A stretch of DNA of 64,000 bases from Acidobacteriota bacterium. GTDB taxonomy: Bacteria > Acidobacteriota > CAIWXX01. The DNA lies in contig JBFMAF010000036.1 in NCBI GenBank assembly GCA_040755995.1, forward strand, positions 1-64,000, given 5' to 3'. The position numbers were made by a program, and so were the translations under genes. The number at the start of each line of letters is the position of its first letter. The stretch's first letter is position 1. Shown in pieces: positions 60,924 through 64,000 of the stretch. A model generated the notes under the pieces. That model saw only the letters and a list, made by a program, of their open reading frames with translations, searched no databases and was not told the DNA's origin.

Positions 60924-61994
60924 CTAGTCCCCGATCACCCGGTCCGCTTGTTTCAACAGATCGTCCGGAACGCTGATCCCGAGACTGTTGGCAGCCCTCC
61001 GATTGATGATCAACCTCGACTTGCTCACCTGCGCAAACGGAATGCCGGCGGGTGATTCTCCATTGAGTATCCGGACCGCCACTGCGGCAGCATCACGCCC
61101 GGCCTGCACGTAGTCTCGCGACAGCGTGACTACCGGTCCTTCCGCGGCATGCTTCTCGTCGAACCAGAACAGAGGCAGCCGGCTCTTCTGGGCGGCCTGA
61201 GCGATCGTCGGGAAGGCGGCGTCGGTCAGGTTGGACAGGACCTGGCAGATCGCGCCGACGTTGCGCCCCGCGAGCGAGAGTGCGGCATCGGCTACATCAG
61301 CGGTCGAATTGACGGGTGTCGCGACGACACTGATTCCCGCCTGCTGAGCGTACTCTGTGAGCTTCTCCTTGTTTACCACCGAGTTGATCTCTCCGGGCGC
61401 ATAGAGCGTCCCCACGGTCTTAACGGAGGGCAGGAGTCGCGCCACGATCCGAGCCATCCCTTCGTAGTCGCCCAGTGTGGCGATCCCAGTGACGTTAGGC
61501 AGATGATCGGTGAAGGATTTCCCGGCTCCAGCCGCGATTGGATCTGCGATCACGGTGAAGACGATCGGCGTCTGCTTCACTTTGTTCAGCGCCGCCTGCA
61601 GGGTCGGCGAGGACAGCACCATGAGGAGGTCATAGTCCTTGCCGACAGCGTTGTCGATGATGGAGTTCACGGTGACGACGTCGCCGTTCGCGCTGAAGGA
61701 TTCCACACGGTAGTCGGTCCCGTCCTTGAGCCCCGAGGCCGCCAGCCCTTCGGTGAAGCCTCTCGCCGCATCCTCGCTCATCGGCGAGTCGATATACTGG
61801 ACGAACCCGATGCGCCCGCGGACCGCCTCGCCGCCGTTCTCTTTCCTGCATCCCGGAACCGCCAGGCACGCGAACAGCGCCGCGATCGCCAGCAGCCTGC
61901 CGGCAGCTGCGACCCGCGCGGGGTTGTCTCCTGGCGGCGAAGCTGCAGCCCGCGGTCCGCACAGACGCGTACGGGACGAATTCAGATGGCACAT
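60924..61994 (-). CDS. ABC transporter substrate-binding lipoprotein (ABC_sub_bind type)
   Basis: Lipobox-like Cys, PIVFT..DP..AG, NVTG, RILNGESPAGIP, IN..AA..LGI. Confidence 0.88.
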   Translation of the reverse strand: MCHLNSSRTRLCGPRAAASPPGDNPARVAAAGRLLAIAALFACLAVPGCRKENGGEAVRGRIGFVQYIDSPMSEDAARGFTEGLAASGLKDGTDYRVESFSANGDVVTVNSIIDNAVGKDYDLLMVLSSPTLQAALNKVKQTPIVFTVIADPIAAGAGKSFTDHLPNVTGIATLGDYEGMARIVARLLPSVKTVGTLYAPGEINSVVNKEKLTEYAQQAGISVVATPVNSTADVADAALSLAGRNVGAICQVLSNLTDAAFPTIAQAAQKSRLPLFWFDEKHAAEGPVVTLSRDYVQAGRDAAAVAVRILNGESPAGIPFAQVSKSRLIINRRAANSLGISVPDDLLKQADRVIGD

Positions 61995-62064
61995 GGCAAT
62001 AGCCTCCCTTGAGTAGTCGGTCGAATCAGCGGTTCAACGGGATCAGCCGGTCCACGAGCCAACT

Positions 62065-62412
62065 CTACACCAGCAGCCCCGAGTGGTCGAGAACACGGTC
62101 AGCCCACTTCTTCGCCTGAAAAGAAAGGAGCGTGCGCTGCAGGGGATGGGGCTGGGTCTCGGTCCAGATGCGGCGCCACAACGCCAGCTCAACCTGGATA
62201 TCTACGAGCTCGGCTGCGAGATCGGGATCGGCATCCGCCGCGCTCCACTCGATATAGTACCGGCACTCATCCATCATCTGCAGGGCACTCTCGGCGCCCG
62301 TCTCGCGTCGGGCGCAGGATGCGATTCGCGCGAGCGATGCGGAGAGCCCTCCCAGCCGCCGCGGGAGCGGATCTCTCATGAAGCGTTCACGCATGCGATC
62401 GAGATCCCTCAT
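62065..62412 (-). CDS. Hypothetical helical protein coupled to DUF5674 gene
   Basis: ATGA overlap, RBS GGAGG; RLGGLSASLARI...YIEW. Confidence 0.75.
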   Translation of the reverse strand: MRDLDRMRERFMRDPLPRRLGGLSASLARIASCARRETGAESALQMMDECRYYIEWSAADADPDLAAELVDIQVELALWRRIWTETQPHPLQRTLLSFQAKKWADRVLDHSGLLV

Positions 62413-62750
62413 TGCGCCCCTCCCAGCAGCCGTCTCGCTGTCTGGTCGATCACATCGCGTGTCTGTTGGCTCTGGACCACCGGGCTGCGATTCCCGAGCC
62501 GAGGGCGGATATTGATCAGCGACTCATACTCGACACGCCCATCCGCAGGGTACCAGTTCGCACCCCACAGGTCGTCCTGCTCACTGCCGTCCCCCAGGAG
62601 AATGGATTCGCAATCCGCGTGCATCTCGCCGCCGCCCGCGAGTACGCCTCGACGGATATCGACCACGATCTTGATCATCTGCCGGTGTTCCCCGAGCATC
62701 TCACCGAGCTGGGACGGCGTGGCGCGCTCGTGGAGCAGGTGGATCGGCAT
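62409..62750 (-). CDS. DUF5674-family protein
   Basis: IKIVVDI...GGEMHADCE..LL..GS.Q.DLWGAN...SLINIRP..GNRS. Confidence 0.85.
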   Translation of the reverse strand: MPIHLLHERATPSQLGEMLGEHRQMIKIVVDIRRGVLAGGGEMHADCESILLGDGSEQDDLWGANWYPADGRVEYESLINIRPRLGNRSPVVQSQQTRDVIDQTARRLLGGAQ

Positions 62751-62868
62751 ACTCTGTCTCCAGCCCAGAATAGACCAAGTCGCGATGCATCACAACTGGC
62801 GCCGCGGTTCCGCGAGGACCCCAATCCGCCGGCATTTTCCTTGCGTCTCTCGACATGGACGCGGGCGG

Positions 62869-62911
62869 CGCGCCTGCCCGTCGAACTATGCGCGCAGGCG
62901 CGTTCTATAAT
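62869..62911 (+). promoter_or_regulatory. Promoter with inverted repeat upstream of TA pair
   Basis: CGCGCCTGC-16-GCAGGCGCG followed by TATAAT 62906-62911. Confidence 0.55.
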
Positions 62912-62973
62912 CAAAGCATACATGGGCGTATGAGATCGGCCAGATGGTGCACGATGTGAGGCGGAGGTAGACG

Positions 62974-63246
62974 ATGCCAACTGAGATGTTGACCTTGGCG
63001 ATCCCACCCTCGCTGGCTAAGGAGCTCGACACGGCTAGCCAGGAACTCCTGGTCGAGTTGTTGGAACGGGGGCTGCGAGAAATGAAGATTGATCGTGCCC
63101 TCAATCAATATGCTCGCGGCGGCATGTCATTCGGTGCCGCGGCACACCAGGCGGGTGTCTCGCAGTCGGAACTCGCGCGGCACGCGTACGCGCGGGGAAT
63201 GGAACCTCCCACCAGCATCGAGACTCTGCGAGAAGAGTTGCGTTGA
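62974..63246 (+). CDS. UPF0175-family putative antitoxin
   Basis: Y..G.MSFGAAAHQAGVS HTH; overlaps the PIN gene. Confidence 0.82.
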   Translation: MPTEMLTLAIPPSLAKELDTASQELLVELLERGLREMKIDRALNQYARGGMSFGAAAHQAGVSQSELARHAYARGMEPPTSIETLREELR

Positions 63247-63767
63247 GCGATCCGCCGGTCGCAATCTGCAATTCGGGTCCATTGATTGCTCTCGGGAAGT
63301 TGAACCGCTTGGACCTTCTGGAACCCGTGTTCGGCGAAGTCGAGATCACGCAAGAGGTCTACAGGGAAGTCGTCGAGGAGGGGCAAGCGCTCGGCGCGCC
63401 CGATGCGCTGAGCGTTCGCATGTTTTGGGAGAGCCGAGGGTGGCCCATCATCCAAGTGCCAGAGTCAGTGCTGTCCAAGTACACTCAGCATCCGATCCTC
63501 GGCCCAGGTGAGCGCGAGGTGATTGCTCTCGCGCTCGCCATAAAGAGCCCGTTGGTACTCCTTGATGACGAGGTGGCTCGTTCAGAGGCGCGTCGTTTGA
63601 GATTGGATCTCTGCGGCACGCTTGGAGTTCCGGTGCGCGCATTCCGCGGCCGCTTGCTGTCGTTCGAACAGGTTGCCTTCCTTCTCCAAGAGATAGCTGC
63701 CCGGCCGGACATCTGGATATCAGCGCGGCTCTGCGAGGACGTCCTGAACGAGCTTCGGCGTCCGTAG
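63243..63767 (+). CDS. DUF3368 PIN-domain putative toxin
   Basis: NSGPLIAL, LGPGEREVI, LLDD..AR, GTLG. Confidence 0.88.
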   Translation: MSDPPVAICNSGPLIALGKLNRLDLLEPVFGEVEITQEVYREVVEEGQALGAPDALSVRMFWESRGWPIIQVPESVLSKYTQHPILGPGEREVIALALAIKSPLVLLDDEVARSEARRLRLDLCGTLGVPVRAFRGRLLSFEQVAFLLQEIAARPDIWISARLCEDVLNELRRP

Positions 63768-63774
63768 ACGCGGG

Positions 63775-63816
63775 CCTCAGCCTGCGCATCGTGACTGTGA
63801 CGCGTTCAGCCGGCAT
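63775..63816 (-). pseudogene. Possible ribbon-helix-helix protein N-terminal remnant
   Basis: RBS GGAGGAG, MPAERVTVTM beta-strand pattern, AGTATG/CATACT dyad upstream. Confidence 0.35.
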
Positions 63817-64000
63817 GTCTCCTCCAGTATGATCATGCTCTACAGCATACTCGCTGCGCATGGCAACAGGTGTGGGCCAGGTAGAGACTAGCGCCCAGAC
63901 TGGTCCGAATCTCGAACGCACAGGCGACCCGGCAGGAGCACCTACCTACGGACCCTCTCGCTGAATCCGAACGAGGCCGCGTTTCTGATAAGATTGGACC

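Overview
High-GC bacterial chromosomal window. Gene content (Ser/Thr kinase, beta-barrel OMPs, Tat substrate) fits an Acidobacteriota-like diderm; this is inference. Intact modules: a MacAB-type ABC exporter divergent from a CpxRA-like two-component pair; a TetR/alpha-beta hydrolase unit; a sufBCDSUT operon; msrB-msrA fusion; long-form guaA; a cereblon (CULT) protein; an M24 peptidase; a czcCBA-type heavy-metal RND pump; a membrane Ser/Thr kinase; HD-GYP and PilZ proteins; several uncharacterised secreted repeat proteins. Between these sit many fused gene fragments (GT2/SDR chimera, IS3, RND, YncE, GDPD, ECF sigma, DUF2442, TPR, Fic-type HTH, PIN, RHH) and several intact or decayed toxin-antitoxin-like pairs. 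The most notable locus is 52611-59305. It encodes NuoE-like, NuoF-GltD fusion and NuoG-like Fe-S subunits (HydABC-type bifurcating core) in one apparent operon with a stand-alone FMN glutamate-synthase domain and no glutaminase. It is preceded by a structured leader and a 34-aa uORF resembling the NuoE N-terminus. No rRNA, tRNA, CRISPR array or intact mobile element was seen. Family assignments are from motif recognition by eye, not database searches.
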